IMG/VR virus record: IMGVR_UViG_3300037520_001276
Span: 1-64,000 of that record
Length of the DNA: 64,000 nt
Direction: 5' to 3' (one strand)
Origin: a virus
In this document: positions 16,514 through 26,116 of the stretch, piece by piece
Numbering within the stretch: the stretch's first letter is position 1
Layout of the letters: the number at the start of each line of letters is the position of its first letter
The notes under the pieces: model-generated
The model's database searches: none
Seen by the model: only the letters and a program-made list of their open reading frames with translations
Told to the model about the DNA's origin: nothing
Translations under genes and position numbers: made by a program

Positions 16514-18334
16514 TTAATATATGGACAAATTTTTCAATAATTCAATACCTAAATTTTTGTATTTACCCTTTAATGGTATCTCTAAAACTTTTTTACCAGG
16601 AAATTTATATACATTTTCAGGTAACATAAGTTTTATATGTCCTGTTTCGTCTATACCAACTAAAGGAAATTTTACATTTTCCATAGTTATATTACGACTA
16701 TTTATGATTGTACATTTTCCTGGATGGTCCCACTGACCTCTATTATCATTAATACAATTTAGATTTTCACTTATATATCCCCAATCACTGTTTGTTAATT
16801 TTTTTTGTCCTGTTATGTGATTTTTTAGTAATGATTTAACATCTTTTTTTGTAAAATTTTCATTAATATTTTTGCTTGACATTATTTCATTTAAAATATC
16901 GACAAAACGATCTTTTATTTCTTTTACTAAATCTAAATACCCTCTTTCTTGTTTTTGATTTATTAAAGAGTCTGTATTAATACCTTCCCTTTTCATTCCA
17001 CTAATGGCTGCTTGGATTTGTTTTTCAGACAATTTTCTAAATCTTAAAAGTTTTTGTTTTATATCTTTTATAAACGTATTTTGACCCTCATAAAAAGCAA
17101 TCGGTATTGCTTCTTTTGGTAAATCTTTGATATATGGTTTGTCGTAACCACTATACATGAAATTAATTCCTGAAATGTTTGTGATACATTTGTGTCCTCC
17201 TGAATTTGCAACCAAAAAATCATATCCATTAATTGATTGTGTGTTTGGATCGTAAGAAGGCATTGAACCATAAAGTGCCATCATGTCTTTTGAAGTAAAC
17301 CCTACAGATTCTTTTGTTGCTTCTTTTTCTGCAATTCTTTTAATTGTTCTAAATGGTAATATTTGTTTCTCCAATTCTGGTTTGAAATCTAATAAAACTT
17401 GATCTTTTATCTCACCTAAATTTATACCTTTAAGTGCTCTACTTTCTTTGAACGGGTTACATGACGCTTGAACGCTACCAAATGGCATCCCTGTAACAAG
17501 GAAATCAGCATCAGGATTATTTCTAAATGGTGTGTATCTATCATATGCTCCCGGTTTGGTTGTTGATCCAAAACCATATTGTGATAAAATATTACCAGTT
17601 ACTTCAACGCCTGAATCTTTTCTACTTTGTACGTAGTCTTCAGTGTTTTTTGTTAATATTTCAGGACTTGCATAACCCTTATCAATTGCCACTTTTTTTA
17701 TAAAATTCAAAATACTTAAAAGAGATGGTTTTGCATTTAAAACAATATCTTCCAAAAAATTTGGTTTGTTTTTATATGCTAAAAGTAGTTTGTTAACGAC
17801 AAGTCCCATTAACATTTTATTTCTTTTTAATGTTTCGTTTTTGTCGTATTTGAAAAGGTAGTTCATAACCATTTCAGGTGTTATACTGTTTGCAACAAAG
17901 TTTGCTGAATCTACTGTTGAAATTAATAATATATCTTCTGCCGTAAATATTTCTTTAGGTGATAATATTTGAGATATTGTCTCCACATTTGATCTTGAAT
18001 GTCTAAAACTTGTTGCGGTATCACTTTCTACTCCAGCTTGTGAATCGTGGTGATCCGTATGTATAACAAACATTGGTTTCCCGTGGGCAAAATCCACTAA
18101 AACAGGCATTATATTACCCTCACCTTCAGGTTTTTTAATTGCAAATTCTTTAGCACCATATTGTATTACCTCAGCATCCACAACCTGAATACCATGTTGT
18201 TCAAGGTAGTCTTTCATGGCGAGTGCAGTAGTAACACCATCTAAATCTTGGTGAAAGTAAATTTTTGCTTTTTTGTATCTTTTTGCGATATTATTAATGT
18301 CTCTAATACCGGATTCTTTAATTAGTCTTTTCAT
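16514..18334 (-). CDS. DHH-family phosphoesterase with C-terminal extension
   Basis: YFHQDLDG, VDFAH, HTDHH, SGGH motifs. Confidence 0.8.
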   Translation of the reverse strand: MKRLIKESGIRDINNIAKRYKKAKIYFHQDLDGVTTALAMKDYLEQHGIQVVDAEVIQYGAKEFAIKKPEGEGNIMPVLVDFAHGKPMFVIHTDHHDSQAGVESDTATSFRHSRSNVETISQILSPKEIFTAEDILLISTVDSANFVANSITPEMVMNYLFKYDKNETLKRNKMLMGLVVNKLLLAYKNKPNFLEDIVLNAKPSLLSILNFIKKVAIDKGYASPEILTKNTEDYVQSRKDSGVEVTGNILSQYGFGSTTKPGAYDRYTPFRNNPDADFLVTGMPFGSVQASCNPFKESRALKGINLGEIKDQVLLDFKPELEKQILPFRTIKRIAEKEATKESVGFTSKDMMALYGSMPSYDPNTQSINGYDFLVANSGGHKCITNISGINFMYSGYDKPYIKDLPKEAIPIAFYEGQNTFIKDIKQKLLRFRKLSEKQIQAAISGMKREGINTDSLINQKQERGYLDLVKEIKDRFVDILNEIMSSKNINENFTKKDVKSLLKNHITGQKKLTNSDWGYISENLNCINDNRGQWDHPGKCTIINSRNITMENVKFPLVGIDETGHIKLMLPENVYKFPGKKVLEIPLKGKYKNLGIELLKNLSIY

Positions 18335-18370
18335 ACTAAATAAATATAAAACAAAACAAAAAAACCAACA

Positions 18371-19219
18371 TTACTGTTGGTCTTCTTTTATCTCTTCTAA
18401 TTTTTGAAAGTATTCTACCCTTGTCCTTGCAACTTCTGTATAGTTTGGTGATAATTCAATACCTAACCACCTTCGTCCTAAAACTTCCGCCGCAACTAAA
18501 CTAGTACCACTACCAGCAAATGGGTCCAATATTATATCGTTCTTGTAGGATAATATCTTAATCGCCTTGGTTGGGATGTCCATTGAAAATGTTGCCTTGG
18601 TGAGTGATTTAGTATCTGCAAAGTAATTCCACTGACCAAATACAAGTTCCATGAATTCTTTTTTATCTTGTTCCTCGTATACAACTTTTTTCTTAAAAGT
18701 CCCGTCTTCTTGTTCTATCTCCGTAGGAACTCCTTTCCATTGTGGTTCTCCTTTAACTTTTTTAATATGTTGTTTCTTATAAGCCAAAATAACACATTCC
18801 TTTGGGTTATAGATGTAAGGACTTGATGGTGACATCCAAGATCCCCATGCGGTGGTTTTACTTCTATGTGGTGATTGTTCTTCTAAATCAACAATACCAA
18901 AGAACCCAAAACCTATTTCTTTCATTATTTGGTACATTTCAGAAACAAAAAATATTCTTCCTCCTTTCTTTTGTCTGTTAATTTCATATGGGATATTCAA
19001 CGCAATTCGTCCGTCATCTTTTAATACATTATACGCCTCAGTTAACCAATTCCTTGCAAATACCAAATAATCATTAAACTCCACATCATCATCGTGAGTG
19101 TCATAAGCAATCCCTACTCCGTATGGTGGTGAGGTTACTATTAGGTCAATACAACCTTCAGGTAATGTTTTCATTACCTCAACACAATCCCCATTTATTA
19201 TATTGTTTGTTTCTATCAT
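18371..19219 (-). CDS. N4/N6 DNA methyltransferase, beta class
   Basis: TSPPY catalytic motif before DPFAGSGT SAM-binding motif. Confidence 0.92.
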   Translation of the reverse strand: MIETNNIINGDCVEVMKTLPEGCIDLIVTSPPYGVGIAYDTHDDDVEFNDYLVFARNWLTEAYNVLKDDGRIALNIPYEINRQKKGGRIFFVSEMYQIMKEIGFGFFGIVDLEEQSPHRSKTTAWGSWMSPSSPYIYNPKECVILAYKKQHIKKVKGEPQWKGVPTEIEQEDGTFKKKVVYEEQDKKEFMELVFGQWNYFADTKSLTKATFSMDIPTKAIKILSYKNDIILDPFAGSGTSLVAAEVLGRRWLGIELSPNYTEVARTRVEYFQKLEEIKEDQQ

Positions 19220-19866
19220 TTCTCTAATATAATTTTATTATCCAAAAGGTTTTGATTTATTAATAACATATCAGGACTAACCTTTCTCATTAAGGACATA
19301 CCACTTTTAGATTTTATTGAGTTTTTATTTTCAAATGTGTCAATTTTAGTAGAAAACCTTGTTATTGAAGTATAGGTACCAGTTTTTAATTTATCAATGT
19401 CCCTTTCTCCGAATTTTCTTATTTCATCTAAATTTAGAACCGGAGTTTTTCTAACTAATGTTTTATTTTTGAAGCTTAACCAATCGTAATTATACCCATC
19501 ATTTTGGTATAGTTTTTTTACTGAGTTTTTTAATGCCGACTCTAAGTGTTCAACACTTTTAAAATCACATTGGAGTTTTACAATGTAGTTAATATAATCT
19601 TCAGTTATAATGACATTACTTATACCTTCTTGTTCTTTTAAGTTTTCTTTAAATGATTTTACTTTTTCTTTAATATCATTAAGTTTTGGCACTTTTTCTC
19701 CGTATAAACTATCCAATGCTAGTATTGGGGTTACTTTATTTTTACTGGCACTAAGATTAACAGTGTATTTGAATGTTCCTGATCCGTCTGCATTTATTTT
19801 TAAATCATCAATAATTTCAATGCAAGATGTTAATAACAATATTAACAAAAAATAAAAATATTTCAT
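19216..19866 (-). CDS. Putative lipoprotein
   Basis: Signal MKYFYFLLILLLTS-C lipobox. Confidence 0.75.
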   Translation of the reverse strand: MKYFYFLLILLLTSCIEIIDDLKINADGSGTFKYTVNLSASKNKVTPILALDSLYGEKVPKLNDIKEKVKSFKENLKEQEGISNVIITEDYINYIVKLQCDFKSVEHLESALKNSVKKLYQNDGYNYDWLSFKNKTLVRKTPVLNLDEIRKFGERDIDKLKTGTYTSITRFSTKIDTFENKNSIKSKSGMSLMRKVSPDMLLINQNLLDNKIILEK

Positions 19867-20084
19867 TTTTTCTCTAATGTATCAATATGATGTTGTAAAT
19901 ACCACAACGCCTTTTTTAGGTCCTCCAACTCTTTTTCTTTGTTTTTCTTTCCGGCTCTTGAAATATACTTTACGGTATTTCCTAAACTGAATCCAAGATC
20001 CCAAGCATCAATGACTTTGATTGCTTCATAAATGTTATCTTCACCTCCATAATGTTGGGGGTGATTTACTTGTTCACTACTCAT
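19863..20084 (-). CDS. DUF3310-like phage protein
   Basis: VNHPQHY, FSLGNTVKYISRAGKK, EDLKKALWYL. Confidence 0.88.
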   Translation of the reverse strand: MSSEQVNHPQHYGGEDNIYEAIKVIDAWDLGFSLGNTVKYISRAGKKNKEKELEDLKKALWYLQHHIDTLEKK

Positions 20085-20271
20085 AAATTCCCAATTGGAT
20101 TAAATAACCTCTCACTTTTTTTCCAAGCACCATATCATTTGGGTTTTCTTTAACCAAATTGATTATATGTTGTGGGTCAACATTAATTTTTTTCTTTTGA
20201 ACTGATGGGTGTTTATACCCAAACTCTTTTTCTTGTCTTAACTCGTTTAATGATCTTTGTTTTACTACCAT
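20077..20271 (-). CDS. Hypothetical protein
   Basis: ORF track; PNDMVLGKKVR. Confidence 0.7.
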   Translation of the reverse strand: MVVKQRSLNELRQEKEFGYKHPSVQKKKINVDPQHIINLVKENPNDMVLGKKVRGYLIQLGIYE

Positions 20272-20297
20272 GACTTTTTTATTTCAAAAGTAATAAA

Positions 20298-21047
20298 TTA
20301 TATTTTATTTGTCAAATTTTTGTGTTTAATAATTTTTGATTGGATCATGTAGTTCATTATTTTCCTTTTCGCAATAGGAATCAATGTTTCTTTGAGTGGG
20401 TAATTATTATTGTGGTTAATAGTAAAAACAATCAATTTACTATGAACCTTTGGGTCTTGTAGATTTTTAATTAGTGGTTTTTTAACCTCTTTTAGTTTTT
20501 CATCAAAATCTCCTTTTAGACATTCGCATATTCTTTTTATGTGACATTTTGTTTCTAAGTTCCCTTTCTTGATTGGTTTTATAATAAACTCATATAGATA
20601 AGTCTTACTACCATAATCTAAAAAGAAAAGACCTTGTTTTGGTTCAATGTTTTTTGGGTTTTGTACCGGGTCAATTGAAACTGTGTCATTTACAATATCC
20701 CAAATTGCTTTAGCGTGATTAAAGTAATCGGTCAGTTTTGTTGATGAGTATTTACATATGTGGTATACATCAAGTATTTCTTCTTTTGTTAGTAAGGGAC
20801 AATCAACCGGTATTAAGTCTGAAATTAAAATTTCATCGTCAGGGTCCTTTAATGTTCTATTAAGTGTTAAAATTTGACCTTTTTCAATTAAAAGATTGAT
20901 ACTAGCAAGATGTAATGATATTTCTTGAAACTGTGGATATAATTTAAAACTGTTTAAATTTTTGTCTAATTTTTGTAAATAACCTAAAAGGGTTAATTGT
21001 TTGTGTTCTAAATCTATGGGGTCTTGAAATAACCAGTCAGTTTTCAT
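20298..21047 (-). CDS. Hypothetical protein resembling a Bacteroidetes conserved family (DW..IDLEHK..LLGYLQ)
   Basis: ORF track; family recalled, not verified. Confidence 0.75.
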   Translation of the reverse strand: MKTDWLFQDPIDLEHKQLTLLGYLQKLDKNLNSFKLYPQFQEISLHLASINLLIEKGQILTLNRTLKDPDDEILISDLIPVDCPLLTKEEILDVYHICKYSSTKLTDYFNHAKAIWDIVNDTVSIDPVQNPKNIEPKQGLFFLDYGSKTYLYEFIIKPIKKGNLETKCHIKRICECLKGDFDEKLKEVKKPLIKNLQDPKVHSKLIVFTINHNNNYPLKETLIPIAKRKIMNYMIQSKIIKHKNLTNKI

Positions 21048-21096
21048 TAAAATATTTTAGATAAAAAATAGATGTTTTTTTGGTGAGTGTAAATGA

Positions 21097-22278
21097 TTAG
21101 TTATATCTCATAACGTAATATTCCTCTCCGTTGATCGTGTACGAATCTGCAGTTCCGTCATAACCATTTAAAACACTTCCATACCCATCAGATCTAATTA
21201 CGTCGTCAATAGCCGCCTCAATATCAACAAAATCTAAAAGTGCGTAATTATCATAACCTCTATCTCTTAATAAACTAAATATATCATCTTTGTTATCATC
21301 AACCATACCTTCTATGGTATCTTCAATTTCTTGTTCATTATAGTCACCTTCTGGATTTTCTTTAATGTCCTCTATTAATTGTTGGTAGTCGTAAATATCA
21401 CTTTCAATTTCTTCTTGTTCTTCATCGGTTAATCCGCCTTCTTCAAGTTTTTGATTTAATCTATCGATATTTGCTTGGTGTATTTCTAAATACCTTTTTT
21501 GTTGATCTGTTAATTCTTTATTTATATTCCAATCTTCTGGACTTTGTCTAACGTATTCACTATAGTCCTCATAAAGATAGTCCCTCACATATCTTTCATC
21601 AATATGATTTTCCCAAACCCATTCTCTAAATGTGTCAAAACCAGATTCCTCAATTTGTGATTCTAACTGTTCTTTTGCCGCATCATATATTTTATCACCT
21701 TCATAAACAACATATTCACTTTCAAAGTTTTTTGATCCTAACCACAAATAAACACTTGAATTACCATAATGATTATAATTCTCTTTAAATAAAAAATACT
21801 TATCTTCACCTTCTTCTACGTTTCCACTTTCTTTTAGGTATTCAAAAATTGCTTCAGTTTCATTTGATTCTTTGTCATCATTTTCAACATTCCAATCATC
21901 ATCCTGTCTTAATACGTCTTGATGTGCAAGTCTTTGTTTATGGATTTTTAATTTTTCTAATCTTTGCATTTCAGAACCGTAATAATCAAATCTACCTCTT
22001 ACTTTATTTTGATCAAAAAATGGAATTTTGGTATAACTGATATCTAAATCACCTTGTACTAAATCAACACTATCTATATTTGTCACATTTTTATTCCCTC
22101 TAAGATCTAATTCACCTGTAATTCTAATTTTTTTACCGTTATAATCTGGAAGTCTTTTAATAAATGAACCATCACCATTAACATAAGCCAAAAGTTCTTT
22201 ATACTCTTCAGGACTAACATCAACCCACTCTTCGGTTTCTTCTTTTATTATTTTTTTAATTAAGGAATTTAAACTCAT
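21097..22278 (-). CDS. Acidic protein with leader MSLNSLIKKIIKEE
   Basis: ORF track; TATTTATA 4 nt upstream. Confidence 0.85.
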   Translation of the reverse strand: MSLNSLIKKIIKEETEEWVDVSPEEYKELLAYVNGDGSFIKRLPDYNGKKIRITGELDLRGNKNVTNIDSVDLVQGDLDISYTKIPFFDQNKVRGRFDYYGSEMQRLEKLKIHKQRLAHQDVLRQDDDWNVENDDKESNETEAIFEYLKESGNVEEGEDKYFLFKENYNHYGNSSVYLWLGSKNFESEYVVYEGDKIYDAAKEQLESQIEESGFDTFREWVWENHIDERYVRDYLYEDYSEYVRQSPEDWNINKELTDQQKRYLEIHQANIDRLNQKLEEGGLTDEEQEEIESDIYDYQQLIEDIKENPEGDYNEQEIEDTIEGMVDDNKDDIFSLLRDRGYDNYALLDFVDIEAAIDDVIRSDGYGSVLNGYDGTADSYTINGEEYYVMRYN

Positions 22279-22320
22279 ATTTTATAAATACTTTATGTTT
22301 ACAAATGAATAAACATACTT

Positions 22321-22334
22321 TATAAATATTTATA
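22321..22334. promoter_or_regulatory. Palindromic double TATTTATA motif between divergent genes
   Basis: TATAAATATTTATA is a perfect 14-bp palindrome. Confidence 0.5.
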
Positions 22335-22364
22335 TATAAAATAAACCTCTAAAAAATTTTAGTC

Positions 22365-22505
22365 ATGGGATGTGGGTGTAAAAACAAAACTAACGAGCAA
22401 CAGGCACAACCTGTTCAGACACAACAAACACAACAACAACAAAACGGTCAAAATATTCAAAACGCCGTTCAAAAAATTGTAGAAAAATATTACAACAAAA
22501 AGTAA
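22365..22505 (+). CDS. 46-aa MGCGCK Gln-rich peptide
   Basis: Translated by hand: MGCGCKNKTNEQQAQPVQTQQTQQQQNGQNIQNAVQKIVEKYYNKK. Confidence 0.65.
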   Translation: MGCGCKNKTNEQQAQPVQTQQTQQQQNGQNIQNAVQKIVEKYYNKK

Positions 22506-22570
22506 TTACTATTTAGTCATATTTTTATTTTTTCTAACATTAATTAAAATAAAATGTTAAAAAATAAAAA

Positions 22571-23431
22571 ATGATAGAAGTTTCAAGTTTTTTAAGTGGT
22601 AAGAATTTATGTAATATTTTTGCTGACTTAGTTGTGAAAAAAATCAATGAAGTAACTCCTGACGCTAAAACACAGATAACTGTAATTAACGTCAGGAATT
22701 TTTTTATTGTAAAAGGAGTGACAACATCCGACAGTGTAATCAATCTTTCCGATATTTTATCAGGCATTTACGAAAAATACGATTCTGAATTATTAAATAA
22801 AGTAAGGGTTATTGATACCATTCTATATAATAAAGAATTTGATTTAAATTTAAACATAAATTTTTATGAAGATAAAAAAAACAAATCATTAATAAGTAAT
22901 CTATATAAAACATGTAATGACCTACAAAATGAAGGGTTTTATATAACAGTTAAATTGAATAATGGTATATTATTTTATGATTTTGAACACGAAAAGGACT
23001 TTGACCCATCATACATAAAAGAAAAGTTTCCAACATATACTTGTATTAAAGATGATTTTTCTCAAGACATATACACTTCTGAAGAAATTTATGGGTTGTC
23101 TAATAATGGGATTAAATATTACCACTTTTTAATAAGAAAAATATCATACAATTTATTATCAAGAGATTTTTCAAAAATCACCGACATATCTATTTCATCT
23201 GAGTTAAAATTAAACGATGTAGATGCCGAAAATATCAATTTAAAACTTAATAACAAATCAATTACAGATAACAGTGTTTTAGAAAGTTTAATTTTAGATA
23301 ATTTTAATTTTGATATTTCTAAATTGGAAAAAGAGGTGGATTTTAATGACTTTGATGTTTTAAAATCAATATCTGAAAGTTCTTACCTTTGGGAAAACTT
23401 TACGGGTACAAAAGACTTTATCCTATTATAG
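22571..23431 (+). CDS. Divergent SAM-synthetase (MetK)-like protein, probably non-catalytic
   Basis: LCNIFADLVV...FIVKGVTTS resembles MetK ICDQISDAIL...VxGEITT; HPDK absent. Confidence 0.5.
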   Translation: MIEVSSFLSGKNLCNIFADLVVKKINEVTPDAKTQITVINVRNFFIVKGVTTSDSVINLSDILSGIYEKYDSELLNKVRVIDTILYNKEFDLNLNINFYEDKKNKSLISNLYKTCNDLQNEGFYITVKLNNGILFYDFEHEKDFDPSYIKEKFPTYTCIKDDFSQDIYTSEEIYGLSNNGIKYYHFLIRKISYNLLSRDFSKITDISISSELKLNDVDAENINLKLNNKSITDNSVLESLILDNFNFDISKLEKEVDFNDFDVLKSISESSYLWENFTGTKDFILL

Positions 23432-23710
23432 GACGTAATCTTTCACCATTACAACTCCTTCATATATGTCTTGAAAGTCTCTGTCGGGTGCCAATAATCT
23501 AACATCCGATGGATTTTCATCTTCATCTAATGTCAATAACATAAGGGCCGGTACGTATTCATTTTCAGTTATTTTGGAAAATTCGTCGTATTCTTCGCTG
23601 TAATCATCAATATCTCTTTCCAAAAAAGGTAGGTTTTCTTTTTCTAACTCTTCTTTAATCATAGTACAAAAGGGACATCCCTTCATTGTGTAAACTACTG
23701 CAATTTTCAT
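23426..23710 (-). CDS. Glutaredoxin-like protein
   Basis: VYTMKGCPFC, YVP. Confidence 0.88.
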   Translation of the reverse strand: MKIAVVYTMKGCPFCTMIKEELEKENLPFLERDIDDYSEEYDEFSKITENEYVPALMLLTLDEDENPSDVRLLAPDRDFQDIYEGVVMVKDYVL

Positions 23711-24063
23711 ATTCTGTCTATTGTATAAAATTTATTCAAACCTTTAAGTAGTAAGTCAACATTAACACCACTATCTTCAGATGACATTATTATTAATTTA
23801 TATGTTTTTTCACTTTCTTTTGATTTAACATAAACCATTATTTTATAGGTACTACTGTAATCAATTAATGCCTCTTTTATTAATGTGTTTTGTCCATCAA
23901 ATACTTTACTAAACCATACCATTTTATTTTTTTTTGTCAACACATTAATAGCATCTACAGTTACATTCCTAGTTTGTATAAAACAAGGAAATTGTTCATA
24001 TTTTTTTACAAAAATATCTAAAACGTGTTCAGGTACAATATTTTTTTCAATTTCATTTGTCAT
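23707..24063 (-). CDS. Hypothetical protein
   Basis: ORF track; overlaps neighbours by 4 nt. Confidence 0.75.
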   Translation of the reverse strand: MTNEIEKNIVPEHVLDIFVKKYEQFPCFIQTRNVTVDAINVLTKKNKMVWFSKVFDGQNTLIKEALIDYSSTYKIMVYVKSKESEKTYKLIIMSSEDSGVNVDLLLKGLNKFYTIDRI

Positions 24064-25757
24064 GGTAGATCCATAAATAGTTCTTCAAAATAATTATAAT
24101 CGTTAGTATCAATAATAACTTTCTCATTTACTTCATTAACCCATATTGGGTATATATCATAAATAGGTTTTGTTTCATCAAATTCTTTAAATTTAGAAAC
24201 GGTTTTATTGGTTTTACCATTTTTAAATTTTTTAACCATAATTGGTAATTTTATAAATTCTTTTCTAAAAAGGTGATCGACTCGTCTATCTAACTCATCG
24301 ACAGGTATAATCCATTCATCTAAAAGTGGCATGTTATACTTACCTAAAGTTTGTGATCTTCTTAAACCGTCTCTTGTAAATTGGTATTCTATTGTTGCCC
24401 TTTCAATACCATCTTTATCTCCCTTTCTTAATGAAACAATAAAACAGTATGGTTTTTCAGAGTATGTCCTTACACAGTTGTGCTGGTGAATTGATTCTCC
24501 CTGGTATTGTTCTGTGGTTTTAAAAAGTATCGGAAAGTATGTGTTGTCATGAGTAAATATTGGATCCTCAACTAAAACTGAATCTTCTCCATAAAATCTT
24601 GTGATGTGACCATTACTATAAGAATCAATAAGTGTTGCCCATTCAGAGTGTTCGTGATTAAATTCATGTCTATTTTTAGCCAATAATTTAACATTTTCAC
24701 CATAATTTTCTAATTTAATTTTAAATCTTAAATGATCTCGTAACAAATTAATAAAATTTTCTGATTTTGTTTCGTTTAAAAGTGAAACAATATTTTCTTT
24801 TTCTTTTTTTGTTAAAAAAATATCTGCAGGTATTCCTTCATAAATGGAATTATAATCTGAATAAATTTTTTCAGTTATAAAAACTTCATCTTTAATTTTA
24901 TTAAATAAGTCTTGTCCTAAAAAATGGTATAATTGAACAACACCATTAAGGTCAATATTATCATATCTATTAAGTAGTGATTTTATTTTTCTACCTTTTA
25001 AATTGTATTTTTTCATTAACCATGTAACCAAGTTTGCGTCGTGTTTTCTAACATCTTTAAATGGTGCAAACATTTCAGAAAACTTTAAAAATGCGTTTGG
25101 GTATTTGATTTTTCCGTTTTGAAGTATAATTTCATAATACTTCGCTTTTGGTTTTTTATTTAATTCAATATTAAGACCTAATTTTTCAATAATTCTATTT
25201 AAAAAAATGTTAAAAACAGTATCACTATTCCCTTCGGTATACCGTTGGGACAGTGGCGAATAAACAAACGTGTTAAATAAATTTGTTATATTTATTTTAC
25301 ATTTGAACCCTATTTTTTGTTTTCTTTTAAATGCCGCTTCTCCTGTATAAAATAACTTTCTCTTATAATTAAATGTTAGATAATAAATTGTTTTTCTTGT
25401 CTTGAAATACCTTTTACCGACTTCTCTATTGTTTCTGTAATTAAAAACTTTTAATGCAATCTTATCATCATTTTCTTCAATAACATATAAATTTCTATTT
25501 AAATAACAACTAGTTAATAAATTGGAGTAGTTTTTTAAATATACTTCCTCACCATGCTCACAACCATCTCTTCCATGTTTACATGTGAAATTACCAACAT
25601 AGGACTTATGTGGGTTAATTGGTACATAATGCCGATTCGTAGTTATTCCAAAAAGATCTTCATCTTCGCTCTCCACATTTATTGAATTAAAATCTTCATA
25701 AAAGTAAGTTTCGTATTGTTTAAGCTCTTCTTTAAAAAGGACTGTCATATCTGACAT
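24060..25757 (-). CDS. PcfJ-like domain protein
   Basis: ESIHQHNCVRTY...RATIEY near the C-terminus. Confidence 0.7.
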   Translation of the reverse strand: MSDMTVLFKEELKQYETYFYEDFNSINVESEDEDLFGITTNRHYVPINPHKSYVGNFTCKHGRDGCEHGEEVYLKNYSNLLTSCYLNRNLYVIEENDDKIALKVFNYRNNREVGKRYFKTRKTIYYLTFNYKRKLFYTGEAAFKRKQKIGFKCKINITNLFNTFVYSPLSQRYTEGNSDTVFNIFLNRIIEKLGLNIELNKKPKAKYYEIILQNGKIKYPNAFLKFSEMFAPFKDVRKHDANLVTWLMKKYNLKGRKIKSLLNRYDNIDLNGVVQLYHFLGQDLFNKIKDEVFITEKIYSDYNSIYEGIPADIFLTKKEKENIVSLLNETKSENFINLLRDHLRFKIKLENYGENVKLLAKNRHEFNHEHSEWATLIDSYSNGHITRFYGEDSVLVEDPIFTHDNTYFPILFKTTEQYQGESIHQHNCVRTYSEKPYCFIVSLRKGDKDGIERATIEYQFTRDGLRRSQTLGKYNMPLLDEWIIPVDELDRRVDHLFRKEFIKLPIMVKKFKNGKTNKTVSKFKEFDETKPIYDIYPIWVNEVNEKVIIDTNDYNYFEELFMDLP

Positions 25758-25782
25758 AAAATAAAAAATTAAAAGGTTGTTA

Positions 25783-26064
25783 CTAATTCATACAAATTAA
25801 ACCCATGTGGTGTTGCATATGTGGCATTACTTTATCTACACCTTTTTTGTCACCATTGAGTTTTACTATTAAATCTATAAGTTGTTTTCTTGTTGGTTCT
25901 AATGGTTTTTCGTCATCTTCTGAATTAAATTCAACTATTTTTTTAACACCATTAAAAAACTTTTTGGGGTCTATATCACCTATAAGTTGTCTTAACTGAT
26001 CGGGGTTCTTGTCAAAAAACCCCTTAAAGTTTGTCATATATATTTCAATATCTAAATTCCCCAT
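25783..26064 (-). CDS. Hypothetical protein
   Basis: ORF track; TATCTTTG upstream. Confidence 0.75.
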   Translation of the reverse strand: MGNLDIEIYMTNFKGFFDKNPDQLRQLIGDIDPKKFFNGVKKIVEFNSEDDEKPLEPTRKQLIDLIVKLNGDKKGVDKVMPHMQHHMGLICMN

Positions 26065-26116
26065 AACTTTATTTTTTATTCAATAAACAAAGATAAGAAA
26101 TTTATTTGAGACTTTT

